Assembly (NCBI GenBank): GCA_963777955.1
Contig: CAVZSQ010000001.1
Span: 122,675 to 186,674 of the forward strand
Direction of reading: 5' to 3'
Origin: Calditrichia bacterium
Lineage (GTDB): Bacteria > Calditrichota > Calditrichia > JAJRVZ01
Length of the DNA: 64,000 bases
Positions within the stretch are counted from its first letter, which is position 1; each line of letters begins with the position of its first letter. Below, one piece after another: positions 42,879 through 53,046 of the stretch. The notes under the pieces were generated by a model. That model saw only the letters and a list, made by a program, of their open reading frames with translations. It made no database searches and was not told the DNA's origin. The position numbers and the translations under genes were made by a program.

Positions 42879-43628
42879 CTATTCTGTCTTGCTGATTTCT
42901 GCAAGTGTCATGGGGTAATAGAGTTTAAAATATTCATCAGGTTTTTCAAATGGAGTTATATTAATCAGTAATTGGCAAAACTCTGCTTTATCTTCCTCCG
43001 GCAATGATTGGATAAAAGCAGATAGTTCCTTGTCGTTCCACTGATTGATCAAAGCCCATAGTTCAAAAGGATATTCTGCGGCTGCTGCTCCATCGACCTT
43101 GTTACGCAGATCGAAGAACTGCAGCATGGCCTGGTTGTCTTTGTTTTGAATTTTCCTGATCAGTGCATTCAGATCAAGGCCGGTTTGCTTTGCGGCTACG
43201 GATAATTCGTATTTTTCGTTTTTACTGAAATCCCACTTGCTGAAGGTAAATTTGAAATAGGGCAGAGCCGCTCTTTTAACCTGTTCCGCCGGAATATACG
43301 CGCAGCGGCCGTCGGCAATCCAGGCACTCTGCGAGTTATTTTCGTAAAGAAACTGTTGCCCTGGAGTAGCCACAAAGATCGTGCTGTCGTTGATCTTAGC
43401 CTGCACCTGATCAATTCCGTCCTTAAGAACAGCAATATATGAACTCCACGATGAGTCGGCCGGCAGAGCGGCAGTCAAAGCGGGAATTTGTTCTGCTTTG
43501 ATAACCGTATCAATTCTGGATTGACCTCCGTCTTTGCTGCCGCTCTGTTCATTTGATTTATCGGATTTACTCTGACAGGAAAATAATAAAAACAAGATCG
43601 ACAATGTTAAATAACGCAAGATTATCAT
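42879..43628 (-). CDS. Hypothetical lipoprotein
   Basis: LLFSC lipobox; 249-aa ORF. Confidence 0.75.
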   Translation of the reverse strand: MIILRYLTLSILFLLFSCQSKSDKSNEQSGSKDGGQSRIDTVIKAEQIPALTAALPADSSWSSYIAVLKDGIDQVQAKINDSTIFVATPGQQFLYENNSQSAWIADGRCAYIPAEQVKRAALPYFKFTFSKWDFSKNEKYELSVAAKQTGLDLNALIRKIQNKDNQAMLQFFDLRNKVDGAAAAEYPFELWALINQWNDKELSAFIQSLPEEDKAEFCQLLINITPFEKPDEYFKLYYPMTLAEISKTE

Positions 43629-43670
43629 TTGTATCTCCTCTGTTCAAGATTCGTAGCCGTTCCTGATTTA

Positions 43671-43904
43671 TCAGGTATTTTTCGTCTTACGGAATTCTCT
43701 GCTCATTCTCCACAGCGTGACAAAGGTCAGGGCGATAAACATCACGATAAGCAATGCGGTTACCCGCAATACGGCCAATTCCAGTGTTACATCTTCCTCA
43801 CCATGTGCAATATCCGTAAAGGCCAGGAAACTGAATACCATGGCTACCAGGGTAATAATCCCTAAAGCAACGGTCATTCTGATCAGTTTCTTACTTTGAT
43901 TCAT
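43671..43904 (-). CDS. Small membrane protein
   Basis: Two TMs flanking FTDIAHGEED; AAGGAG RBS. Confidence 0.75.
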   Translation of the reverse strand: MNQSKKLIRMTVALGIITLVAMVFSFLAFTDIAHGEEDVTLELAVLRVTALLIVMFIALTFVTLWRMSREFRKTKNT

Positions 43905-43930
43905 TTATATTTCTCCTTTGACGATTCTGA

Positions 43931-44017
43931 TTACCAAATGCCAAATTACAAAATCCAAATTCCAAATTCGAAATTCCAAAATCAAAATTCCAATTTACCA
44001 ATTACCCATTCCTAATT
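43931..44017. repeat. Degenerate heptamer tandem array (CCAAATT-like, about 12 units)
   Basis: ccaaatg ccaaatt acaaaat ccaaatt ccaaatt cgaaatt ccaaaat caaaatt ccaattt... Confidence 0.8.
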
Positions 44018-44061
44018 ATTTTTTATACTATCAAAACGACATACTTGTACTACAAAGTCTT

Positions 44062-44562
44062 TCAGTCCAAAATCTTCTGCAGAATATGCACATCCAGGTA
44101 TCTGTCGAATTTACGGCCGACCTCTTTCATAGTACCGACGTGGACAAAACCGAAACTTTCGTTCAAATGCAAACTTATATCGCTTTCAGCAACTACCCGG
44201 GCGATAATCGTGTGGAATTTTAAACGCCGCGCTTCGTCGATTATGGCCTGTTTGAGTTTCCGGCCGATGCCCCGGCCGCGATATTCGGATTTGACGTAGA
44301 ATGATGTTTCGGCGGTATCATCGTACGCAGGTCGGTCAGACCACCTGCTCAAAGCCACCCAGCCGACCACCTTGTCGTCGGCCACGGCCACCAGGATGGG
44401 ATGCCGCTGATCGTGAGACTGAAACCAGGATAAACGCTCGGCCGGAGTTTTCGGCTCCAAATCAAAAGTCGCCGTGGTGCTGAGGATGGCCTCATTGTAG
44501 ATTTCCGTGATCGCCTCCAGATCGGATAGTTCAGATTTTCTGATTAAAATTGGTTTATCCAT
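44062..44562 (-). CDS. GNAT acetyltransferase (phosphinothricin/methionine sulfoximine, YncA-like)
   Basis: IYNEAI..TATFD, AYDDTAETSFYV, RGRGIG, LNESFGF..VGRKFDR. Confidence 0.9.
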   Translation of the reverse strand: MDKPILIRKSELSDLEAITEIYNEAILSTTATFDLEPKTPAERLSWFQSHDQRHPILVAVADDKVVGWVALSRWSDRPAYDDTAETSFYVKSEYRGRGIGRKLKQAIIDEARRLKFHTIIARVVAESDISLHLNESFGFVHVGTMKEVGRKFDRYLDVHILQKILD

Positions 44563-44583
44563 ATGTTATTTGTAACGTTTTAG

Positions 44584-45363
44584 TCACTTTATATATACCT
44601 GCTCCAATGTGATCTTTTTGTTTTCTTTTTTTTCTGAACCGATGTCGGTTGGCTGATCATGACCGGGATAGACTTTGGTACCATCCGGAAACATTGTATA
44701 TAACCTGCGTACGGACTTGACCAGGTCTTCGGTCGATCCGCCTATTAAATCCGTGCGACCCGCGGTCCGGTAGAAAAGCACATCGCCCGACAATAGCACA
44801 TCTTCGACCTGATAACAAATACTGCCGATCGAGTGTCCGGGAGATAGGATTGTCCTGATCTGCAGCTTACCTAGTTTGTAAATTTGATTGTCCTCCAGGT
44901 AGACCTGCGGGGGACCAAAAGCAGCGAGATCGTAATCAAACCATTTCGCTGTGGCGGGATTTTGTTTCAACTCTTCCGTCATTCCGGGATCGAAATGCTT
45001 TATGCCCCATTCTATGGATACCAAAAAACTATCGTAATCCTGCTGGTTATAACAGAGCAGGGCGTCTGGAAATCTGTTGCGGATAAGGGGTACACCTTCC
45101 AGGTGATCCATATGACAATGCGTGGCAAAAATATATTTTAATTTCAACTGACGTTCAGTAATAATAGAAACTAGCGAATCAACAGGTCCGCCGACATCGA
45201 AAAGCGCCGCTTCTTTGCTATCGGTGTCGTATAATAAGTAGCAATTCGTTTCAATGGGTCCGCTAACTTGATGTTCAATTATAAAATTGTCCGAGGGTGC
45301 ACACTGGTAATGCAAAAAAAGGAGAATTGTAAAAGTGAATAGACGGGAGACAGATCGTCTCAT
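44584..45363 (-). CDS. MBL-fold metallo-hydrolase (glyoxalase II-like), exported
   Basis: THCHMDH, PGHSIG, SGDVLF..GRTD, YPGH. Confidence 0.92.
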   Translation of the reverse strand: MRRSVSRLFTFTILLFLHYQCAPSDNFIIEHQVSGPIETNCYLLYDTDSKEAALFDVGGPVDSLVSIITERQLKLKYIFATHCHMDHLEGVPLIRNRFPDALLCYNQQDYDSFLVSIEWGIKHFDPGMTEELKQNPATAKWFDYDLAAFGPPQVYLEDNQIYKLGKLQIRTILSPGHSIGSICYQVEDVLLSGDVLFYRTAGRTDLIGGSTEDLVKSVRRLYTMFPDGTKVYPGHDQPTDIGSEKKENKKITLEQVYIK

Positions 45364-45403
45364 GATTTTACTTCCTTTTTTTAATTAATAGCATTCAAAG
45401 ACA

Positions 45404-46402
45404 CTATTTTAGTTTTTTACCCGGCAGATCAGACAGATAATTATTTTTCCAGATTTTTAAAGTAGTCTCCTGGTCAATATTACCACCGGAAAGTATAACT
45501 AAAACACGTTTTTTTGATTTTTTTCCTGATAACCAGCGAACAGCTGCTTCCATGGCCATGGCACTGGTCGGTTCCACCCGCACTTTTAATATATGGGTCA
45601 GCCATTGTGTCCAGTATATAATCAAATCCTCTTCAATTTCATATATGTGATCTAATTTTTTTAAATATTCAAACGTAATATCCCCTACAGCCATGGTCCT
45701 GGCTCCGTCAGCTATGGTATCGGGAGGACAGGGTAATTTTTGTATGGAATTCATCCGTAACGACTGTGCGGCGTCGTTGGCATTCAAAGGTTCCGCCCCG
45801 ATAATTTCGGCTTGCGGTGCCAGGGCCCGGGTGGCAATTAATGTTCCTGATAAAAGTCCGCCGCCCCCGCAGGGTGCGAATACAGCGTCTATCCGGCCTG
45901 ATTCACGCAGGGCATCATAGGCGGCTGTTCCCTGGCCGCAGATCACCTGTTCGTGATTGAAGGGGGGGATCCAGTAAGTATCTTTTTCTGCTGCAGCCAG
46001 TTTAACTTTTTCATCGGCAATTATGCGTGTTTCACACAGAACTACTTTTGCACCATAGGCTGCGGTCGCCTGTATTTTTACCTGTGATGAATTTGCCGGC
46101 ATGTAAATCGTAGAGGGCAGGCCAAACTGGCTGGCCGCCCAGGCCACCGCCTGGGCATGGTTACCCGAACTATTGGCAATAATATGTTTTGCTTTTATTT
46201 TGTTTTCAAAAAGCCAGGCAACGGTATTACAGGCCCCGCGGGCTTTGAATGCACCGATCTTTTGCAGGCATTCGGCCTTGAATAATATTTCATGTCCTAA
46301 CCAGCGGTTCAATAATGATGAAGTCAGAATTGGGGTATTATTGATAAACTTACTGATCCGTTTCCTGGCTTTAATAATATCTTCAATACTTAAATAATTC
46401 AT
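45404..46402 (-). CDS. PLP-dependent serine/threonine dehydratase (serine racemase-like)
   Basis: LQKIGAFKARGA, SSGNHAQ, PCGGGGL, LSGGN. Confidence 0.92.
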   Translation of the reverse strand: MNYLSIEDIIKARKRISKFINNTPILTSSLLNRWLGHEILFKAECLQKIGAFKARGACNTVAWLFENKIKAKHIIANSSGNHAQAVAWAASQFGLPSTIYMPANSSQVKIQATAAYGAKVVLCETRIIADEKVKLAAAEKDTYWIPPFNHEQVICGQGTAAYDALRESGRIDAVFAPCGGGGLLSGTLIATRALAPQAEIIGAEPLNANDAAQSLRMNSIQKLPCPPDTIADGARTMAVGDITFEYLKKLDHIYEIEEDLIIYWTQWLTHILKVRVEPTSAMAMEAAVRWLSGKKSKKRVLVILSGGNIDQETTLKIWKNNYLSDLPGKKLK

Positions 46403-46429
46403 CTGATCACCATTTTCTTATTGTCTGAA

Positions 46430-46894
46430 TTATTTGATATTAGAATTTGCTGATATTTTTGGTTCCGTTCTCATTAAAGTTATAAACGCTGCAAAAATTG
46501 TGGTCAATAGTTGTAAAAAAGGGGAGATCAGGATCATCAGCATCAGCCAGGCGACTAAACTGATTTTCGGATCATAGAGAATAAAAGGATGGCCGAAATT
46601 TTGAAAATCAGCCTGCGGATCAAAGAACATAAAAACTGTTCTGCCCCAGATAAGAACCATTAATAAAAAAGTAAAAATTGTTGTCCATAACGAACTCTTA
46701 AAAATTCTGTTGTAGCATAACCGGGGCGGTTCTGTTGTAAGCTGCGCAGATCTTTTTGCAATATACCAGCCCAGGGGAAAACCCAGTAAGATACAGAAAA
46801 CAGGAACGCCCATCCCCATACCCGCACAGATTATATCGATAACCAGATATAACAGGATAGCATTTTTTGTCTTCAGATTAATTAATTTGCTCAT
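46430..46894 (-). CDS. Hypothetical membrane protein
   Basis: Three to four hydrophobic segments. Confidence 0.7.
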   Translation of the reverse strand: MSKLINLKTKNAILLYLVIDIICAGMGMGVPVFCILLGFPLGWYIAKRSAQLTTEPPRLCYNRIFKSSLWTTIFTFLLMVLIWGRTVFMFFDPQADFQNFGHPFILYDPKISLVAWLMLMILISPFLQLLTTIFAAFITLMRTEPKISANSNIK

Positions 46895-46905
46895 ATTCAG
46901 CCACT

Positions 46906-47823
46906 TTATTGGTTGATGATCATCGAAAGATTCCGGCAGAGCATCTGGTAGTTTTCATTGATTTCAAGGCTCTTTATCTTGTGTGTTGTTTCTAATGGCA
47001 GCCGGTCAAACGGAGTCCTTTGCAGGAACAAAACGGTTTCCTGCTCGGAAAACTCAGCCCGGTCCTCGAACCAGTCCAGTACGGATTTATTCTCGGGACA
47101 TACGGTCTGGCAACGCAGGCAACCGATCAGGCAATGATGCCAGGACGGATCGATCCAGCCTGGAAAATCTTTTGCTGATTCGTTGTGGTAGGTCAGACAA
47201 AGTTCGGCACGTAATAAGAATCGATCAGCGCTGATGGCCGCAGTGGGGCAGTTTCGCAAACAGGCGGTGCATGAATCGCAGCGGTCCAGCGCTCCGGGCT
47301 CCTGCCAGGGATCGCCGTCGCCAGGCAAGTCAGAGAAGGCCCCGATCAGTTGGATAAAACTACCTCTGCCGGGGACATAACAGATATTGTTTCGGCCATA
47401 CCGTGCTAATCCGCTGCAGACAGCCAGCGTCTTTAACGGTAACTGCGGCCTGGACAGGTGGTAACCTTCGCGCTGAAGCCAGTCTGACAATACCTGCTGC
47501 ACAGTTTCGGTCCGCGGTGTATAACTTACATATGTTGGTGGTATGATTACCGGTACCCGTTCCGCCCGCCAGTGGAAGAAAATACGCATCTGGGGAGTTG
47601 GAACCGCGATAATAATGATCGAACGCGCACCAGGCAGGTCGGCCGGAGGATCGTAAGAGATGAAAGCGAGTTGTTCCTGGTAGAGGATCTGATCAATAAG
47701 GCCGCGTTCATCATAAGCGCAGATCGTTTGTTTCAGATCGGCCAGGCGGGCGATTGGGACGATCCGTCCCTGCCAGCCATGTTCCTCAATCATATCGAAA
47801 AATCTATCCACCAACTGTTTCAT
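46906..47823 (-). CDS. Epoxyqueuosine reductase-like 4Fe-4S protein
   Basis: LKTLAVCSGLARYGRNN..GS, CDSCTACLRNCP, GCLRCQTVCP. Confidence 0.8.
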   Translation of the reverse strand: MKQLVDRFFDMIEEHGWQGRIVPIARLADLKQTICAYDERGLIDQILYQEQLAFISYDPPADLPGARSIIIIAVPTPQMRIFFHWRAERVPVIIPPTYVSYTPRTETVQQVLSDWLQREGYHLSRPQLPLKTLAVCSGLARYGRNNICYVPGRGSFIQLIGAFSDLPGDGDPWQEPGALDRCDSCTACLRNCPTAAISADRFLLRAELCLTYHNESAKDFPGWIDPSWHHCLIGCLRCQTVCPENKSVLDWFEDRAEFSEQETVLFLQRTPFDRLPLETTHKIKSLEINENYQMLCRNLSMIINQ

Positions 47824-48090
47824 CTATAGCAGTCTTTAATTGTTTTATTCGCTATGCTGCTTAATATAGTTATTCTTTTTGTTCTATAAAAAACAGGATC
47901 ATCGAATTTGCACACAATTAAGATCCGCACCCCCCTCACCGCCACGAAATGAAAAATGTGCTTTTGCAGAAGTGGAGTTTATTTTGCTCTTTTTATGATC
48001 AGTAGATTTCAGTCTTTAGGCAATTTTATCGGCAGGACAGTGATGGGAAAATATTTGCACTTTGCTCAGGCTGTATAAAGTTGCTTCGGT

Positions 48091-48571
48091 TCAGGCCTGT
48101 TTTAATTTTTCAATGTCGAATTTTTTCATTTGCAGAAAGGCCCTGGTGACCCTTTCGGCCCGGGCTTGGATCGCTCAGCAGTTTGGCCAGCAATACCGGA
48201 ACAATCTGCCAGGAAACCCCGAATTTATCTTTAAGCCAGCCGCATTGGACTTCCTGTCCGCCGGCAGTGAGCCGCTCCCAGTAATAATCTATTTCCTGCT
48301 GCGTTTCGCAGAGTACCTGAAATGAAATCGCTTCGTTGAATTTGAATACCGGACCGCCGTTCAGGGCCATGAAGGGTTGCCCGTTCAGTTGAAAATTTAC
48401 AGTCATAACCGATCCGGCTTCACGTCCGTGAATTTCAAAACCTTCCCTGGCGTACCGACTGATACTGACAATTTTTGAATTCTTGAATATGGAAGTGTAA
48501 AAATTTGCCGCTTCTTCAGCCTGGTTATCGAACCACAGACAGGGGGTTATATTTTGACTGGCCATACTCAA
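48091..48571 (-). CDS. VOC/PhnB-like (3-demethylubiquinone-9 methyltransferase domain) protein; C-terminal frameshift
   Basis: ITPCLWFDNQAEEAANFY, ALNGGP, CGWLKDKFGVSWQI; ends FDIEKLKQA*. Confidence 0.92.
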
Positions 48572-48993
48572 ACCTTTCCTGATTGTACAATTTTTTCGGA
48601 ATGTTTCTTAAAATTGTCGAGAATAGCCTGCCATCCTGATTTTTGCAGATCGGGCGGATGAATATTCTCAGCCTCAAAGGTCTCGACAACCTTTGTCCTG
48701 GAGCCCTGGCCGGAAAAAATGACCTCAACCATTCTGCCGTCGGTGATCAGATATTCAATAATCTTATATTTCTCAATTCTGGTGTACATACCTTCAAAAT
48801 CAAAACTGGCGCTGCCGTCTTTAGCCGCCATGGTGGTTTTGAATTTTCCGCTTTCCCGTAAATCATTTTCGGCATAGGGTGCATGCCAGTCATCCGCAGC
48901 CTGGTACCATTGGGTGATGTGTTCAGGTAAAGTCCAGAATTTCCAGACTGATTCCACGGGAGCATCTATAGTTGTCGCTACGGTAATTGTCAT
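48568..48993 (-). CDS. SRPBCC/AHSA1 family protein
   Basis: VWKFWTLPEHITQW, MAAKDGS..FDFEG, GWQAILDNFK. Confidence 0.92.
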   Translation of the reverse strand: MTITVATTIDAPVESVWKFWTLPEHITQWYQAADDWHAPYAENDLRESGKFKTTMAAKDGSASFDFEGMYTRIEKYKIIEYLITDGRMVEVIFSGQGSRTKVVETFEAENIHPPDLQKSGWQAILDNFKKHSEKIVQSGKV

Positions 48994-49117
48994 ATTCTCT
49001 GTTGATTTCCTTTTGCTGTTTTATGATTTTGTGATGACCTACAATTGAATTTTTAAACGTGGTTAACCGTGAAATTATTCCAGTCAGGAGAATCAAAGAA
49101 AATATCAATTACTTATT

Positions 49118-49284
49118 TATCGATTCCGGTCGCTGTTCATATTCCTTTTTTTACAAAGTACATAGGTGCTGATGGCAAATTTAATCCGGATGAGAATCTG
49201 ATAAAATCTGCCGGGAGAATGTTAGATGAACTTGAAAAATGGACTAAAGTGTTAGTTGTAATGAAAAAGAAAACGGTAGAATAA
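49118..49284 (+). pseudogene. 3' remnant of an NADPH-dependent FMN reductase-like gene
   Basis: IPVAVHIPFF..GKFNP..SAGRMLDELEKWT resembles FMN reductase C-termini; no N-terminal part or start. Confidence 0.55.
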
Positions 49285-49300
49285 CAGACTACTCTGCAGT

Positions 49301-50213
49301 CTACTTTAACTTCAGGAAGCGTGCCGCATTGTTGTAAAAAATATCGCGCTTTTGTTCCTGGGAGAGAAACGCAGCCGATTCAATTCCATCGATGGCCAGG
49401 CCAATTGCCTCCGGCCACACCATCTGGTCGGATCCGAACATAAGTCGTTTTTCCAATCCCGCCCGGATTAAAGCGCGGAGATACTCATGGAATTCTTCCC
49501 GCGGGATGATCCAGTTTATCACTGCCAGGTCAGCATACACTTGCGGATACACAGACATAATTGCTTTTGTTTCTTCCAAGTACGGCCAGCCCCCGTGCAT
49601 GATATAGAGTCGCAGTTTTGGATGTCTGATCAGCACTTCTTCAAGAAGAATGGGATTGCCATACGTTACACGGAATTTGGGACAACAGGTATAGGGTGTT
49701 CCGGCAGGCCCCAGACCCGTATGGACTCCGACCGGGATGTCCAGTTCTTCGGCAAGAGCCAGGTATGGTTCGAACAACGAATCGCCCAGAGAAAGTCCGA
49801 CATATTGGGCTACCAGTTCTCCCAATACTCCCAGCTGCCCGGACATGAAATCCTGCCGCAATCGTTCCACATCGGGCAGTGAAGTCACTTCATCGAAATG
49901 TACTCCTCCGATGATGCGTTTTGGCTCTGCGGACTTCCAGCGAAACACAACCTCCAGCGGTCCGCTGGCGACGGCTTTGACGATATTGTAACGGTGCATT
50001 TCCTTCAGTGTTGCCTGCATCAGTTCCTCGTCACTCGCCGCGCCGGATGGTTTTCCCGTCACCGGATTGGGGACGTTTACTCCGCCCATAGACTCTGCCG
50101 GAGAATGCATGCATGTGCATGTCAATAATGGGAAGTTTATTGTTTGTATCTGTTTGAGCGGATACAAAATAGGGGATTCCCACGAGCCCCAAGATGATAA
50201 GCAGCAATTTCAT
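49301..50213 (-). CDS. Amidohydrolase_2 family protein, exported; frameshift near 50110
   Basis: IIDMHMH, GVHTG, MHGGWP, FGSDQMVWP, IFYNNAARFL. Confidence 0.9.
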
Positions 50214-50295
50214 AATTTTCCTTTGTTATTCATTGATTGTTTTACGGGCAGATCTCGTTTTGTCCATAATCTATATATAACAACTACCGATTGCT

Positions 50296-50769
50296 CTAAT
50301 TGGGCATAGGCGAAAAATGCTGGGCCACGGCAAGCCATTGACCATCATCACGAATCAGGGTATACATATCCCGGCCTTTAAATCTATGCACACTTCTCGC
50401 CGGGATCTTTTATTTTCAGATCATAATAATAAGTCACGATGGCAGTTTCATTACCGTTATACAATAGAATCAAGGGATCTGATTCTTTCAGTGAGATTGT
50501 TTGTGCATAATTGGCATAACTCCGGTAAGACTCGATGATATCAGATTTACCCTGCATGCGTTCGGCTGTTTCAGGATTAATCAGAACCATATCGGGATGT
50601 ATATACAATCCCAGACTGTCCATATTTTCAGTGATGGCCCAGTGCCGGTTGATGGTCTTTACCGTATTCCAACTTCATCTTTTATGGTGCCGGTTTTATT
50701 GGCCAGGTAATACAACGCGAAAAAAGCAATCAAAACTAATATTATTGGCAACAAATATTTTATTTTCAT
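50296..50769 (-). CDS. NTF2-like/DUF4440 protein; several frameshifts
   Basis: HPDMVLINP..GK, TAIVTYYY, GRDMYTL..GQWLAVAQHFS. Confidence 0.7.
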
Positions 50770-50843
50770 AATTATCCTTTCGGGTGTGTAATTATTTATT
50801 GGCAGAGCAGAATTTTCAGAAGATTATTGACAGCATCTTGCGG

Positions 50844-51251
50844 TTACTGAACCTGACCGGCGAATCGGCCAAGTGCTTCCTCTAGTGATATGACAATCTT
50901 GCAGTACGCAACTTCCAGAAGCGAGTTCTTATATAAAGTCGATAATGCTTCTTTCGTTTTACCACCTGCCACAATGCAACTGGGGATGAAGCCTTGATTC
51001 TGTTTCAGCGGTCGAAGAATTTCACAAATGGCGTCACCGTACTGGTAGTGCAATCCGGTCAGATCGAAAATGAGGCCTTCCGGTTGATGCGTCTGAATTA
51101 TTTCCTCGACATAGTTTCGCATCCTGGCGGCAGTTGAATTTCCCGGCGAGCCTGGCGGATAATCACCCTGGAAAGAAATCTTAAAGAGTTTCTTTTTTAA
51201 TGGATTGGGTACTGCAGCACAGGAACACTGAACTTCAGGATTTTTGTCCAT
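50844..51251 (-). CDS. Hypothetical protein (possibly STAS-like)
   Basis: LIFDLTGLHYQYGDAI and terminal SLEEAL resemble STAS patterns. Confidence 0.55.
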   Translation of the reverse strand: MDKNPEVQCSCAAVPNPLKKKLFKISFQGDYPPGSPGNSTAARMRNYVEEIIQTHQPEGLIFDLTGLHYQYGDAICEILRPLKQNQGFIPSCIVAGGKTKEALSTLYKNSLLEVAYCKIVISLEEALGRFAGQVQ

Positions 51252-51810
51252 CCTGGTTCTGATTAATTTTAATTCTGTTCCTCAGTGTATAAAAATTCTT
51301 CAGACGGATGATGATTATGGCAGCAAAGAACCATAGCAACAGTGAGGACAGATAATTTAAGCGGATCACAATGTCAAAACCGTCGCCAAAAAACCGCGAA
51401 TTAGCGGAAACGTTTTCCAGCAAAGGTTTATGCAGGTCTAACAGAGTTGTGGAAAAGGGGTATAACACATAGAGCATCATCAGAAATTTATCTGAGATTT
51501 GAATACACCAGTATAAAACAAAATAGGAGAAAAATAAAAGCAACTGATATAAATACACCCCCTTGAGGCCATCTTTAAATATTCTATGGCTCTCATTATC
51601 CGTCATAATATTTTTTAAAAGAAAAAATATTATGACTATAACTGAAATATTTATCAGTGTATTTAGCGGATTAAGTTTTGTGATAGTAATGGGATTTTTG
51701 GCTTCAATCGCTACTGTCGGGAAGCCATAGGAAATATCACCGCATGATCGTAATGATGGCGCAAAGGCAATTGATACTAGTAATAGAATTATAACTGTTT
51801 TTTTGTTCAT
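51235..51810 (-). CDS. Hypothetical membrane protein
   Basis: 191 aa with several TMs, YGFP motif. Confidence 0.7.
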   Translation of the reverse strand: MNKKTVIILLLVSIAFAPSLRSCGDISYGFPTVAIEAKNPITITKLNPLNTLINISVIVIIFFLLKNIMTDNESHRIFKDGLKGVYLYQLLLFFSYFVLYWCIQISDKFLMMLYVLYPFSTTLLDLHKPLLENVSANSRFFGDGFDIVIRLNYLSSLLLWFFAAIIIIRLKNFYTLRNRIKINQNQDGQKS

Positions 51811-51813
51811 AAA

Positions 51814-51979
51814 TTATTCCTGGTTTTGGTCCAGGACTGACTCAGTACCCCAGAATCGGTAAACTATCAGGGCCAGTGTGGCTAACGATGCTGAGTCAAG
51901 AAGCGTCGATTTTACCATTCTGCGGATTATCGCAGTGTACGATGAAAACGAGGAGCAACAAAGGAGCAAGTATTTTCAT
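51814..51979 (-). pseudogene. Lipoprotein-like stub, truncated or fused
   Basis: AGGAGG RBS, then MKILAPLLLLVFIVHCDN; stops at 51896, or at 51814 with one indel. Confidence 0.45.
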
Positions 51980-52012
51980 AATAGTCCTCCTGTGCAGATT
52001 CTTAAAAATACT

Positions 52013-52615
52013 TCAGCGGTCATCAAAATAGCGATAATGGCCGGTTATTACAAATTCAAACAATATATCCTCCAGTTTTGCTCCGGCCCCGATGTTATGC
52101 ACCACTTTGTACCGGTCGGAATCTTCCACCCGGACATTTACGACTATCCCGATATGATCAATGTTTCCCGGCAGTTTCCAGGTCACGATGTCTCCCGGTT
52201 TGTAATCTTTTTCCTGCTGAGAAACAGGTACTGATTTTTTCCGCCGGTCAAGAAAAGTCATGATATTAGGCACCCGGCGATGGTCAATATTCGTATCGGT
52301 TTTATGTAAACCCCATTTCTGCGGATAGGCAGAAAATGCCTTTTGCATATCTTCATGAATTTCTTTCTGCAAGTCGATACCCACACTCCTGAAAGCCCTG
52401 ATCAGGACATCACAACAGACTCCGCGTTCGATGGGCAGATCCCCGTCCGGATAGTTTATGCTGACATAGGCAGGATCGTATATGGTTGTGACCGAAGTCT
52501 GCCAGATGGCATTTTCTATGATTTTGTTTATCGAATCTACAGTGGTAGAGTCAGCCTGAAGATCTGCGACTACTACGATGACGAGCAGTACTGAACAGAT
52601 TGTTATAAATCTCAT
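52013..52615 (-). CDS. DUF1287 (YijF-like) protein
   Basis: YDPAY..YPDGD..GVCCDV, NIDHRRVPN, PGDIV, HIGIV, HNIG. Confidence 0.92.
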   Translation of the reverse strand: MRFITICSVLLVIVVVADLQADSTTVDSINKIIENAIWQTSVTTIYDPAYVSINYPDGDLPIERGVCCDVLIRAFRSVGIDLQKEIHEDMQKAFSAYPQKWGLHKTDTNIDHRRVPNIMTFLDRRKKSVPVSQQEKDYKPGDIVTWKLPGNIDHIGIVVNVRVEDSDRYKVVHNIGAGAKLEDILFEFVITGHYRYFDDR

Positions 52616-53034
52616 ATTATACTACTCTTGAACTTGATCAATTCATAAATGCTGTCCAACGATTTTTTAGTTTTAACTTCGACCGTCAGGGGTTTCAGTT
52701 TACCAAAACTTTTGCTTGCTTTATAATTCTCTTTATAAACCTGTTCAATCTTCAGAGCCGCAATTTCCTTATCATATTTCTCGGTAAAATAAAAGGTTGT
52801 TTTGAAAAACTGGTCCCACACCGATATCCAGCACACGGTTTTCTTTTTATGTACCAATTTGCATAGCCAGGCCTTGCCGTCATTGTAGAAATTCCATTCC
52901 AGGGACATGACAGCGAATTCAGCAGAGAGGTGCTTGCCAAATGCATCCCAGATGGTTTTTGATTTACCAAGATATTTGCTTAATACGGCATCATCAGGGT
53001 ACTCTTGTTTATCGTTTAACAGTGGTTTGTCCAT
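52612..53034 (-). CDS. DUF3788 family protein
   Basis: EWNFYNDGKAWLCK..KKKTVCWISVW. Confidence 0.8.
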   Translation of the reverse strand: MDKPLLNDKQEYPDDAVLSKYLGKSKTIWDAFGKHLSAEFAVMSLEWNFYNDGKAWLCKLVHKKKTVCWISVWDQFFKTTFYFTEKYDKEIAALKIEQVYKENYKASKSFGKLKPLTVEVKTKKSLDSIYELIKFKSSII

Positions 53035-53046
53035 AATAATACCTCA

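Noticed and set aside
43918..44223. 101-aa plus-strand ORF
   Set aside because: Produced by the heptamer tract and the antisense of the GNAT gene.
50225..50266. Micro-ORF MDKTRSARKTINE sharing ATGGACAAAAC with the start at 28396
   Set aside because: An 11-bp match in AT-rich DNA can be chance; no further similarity.
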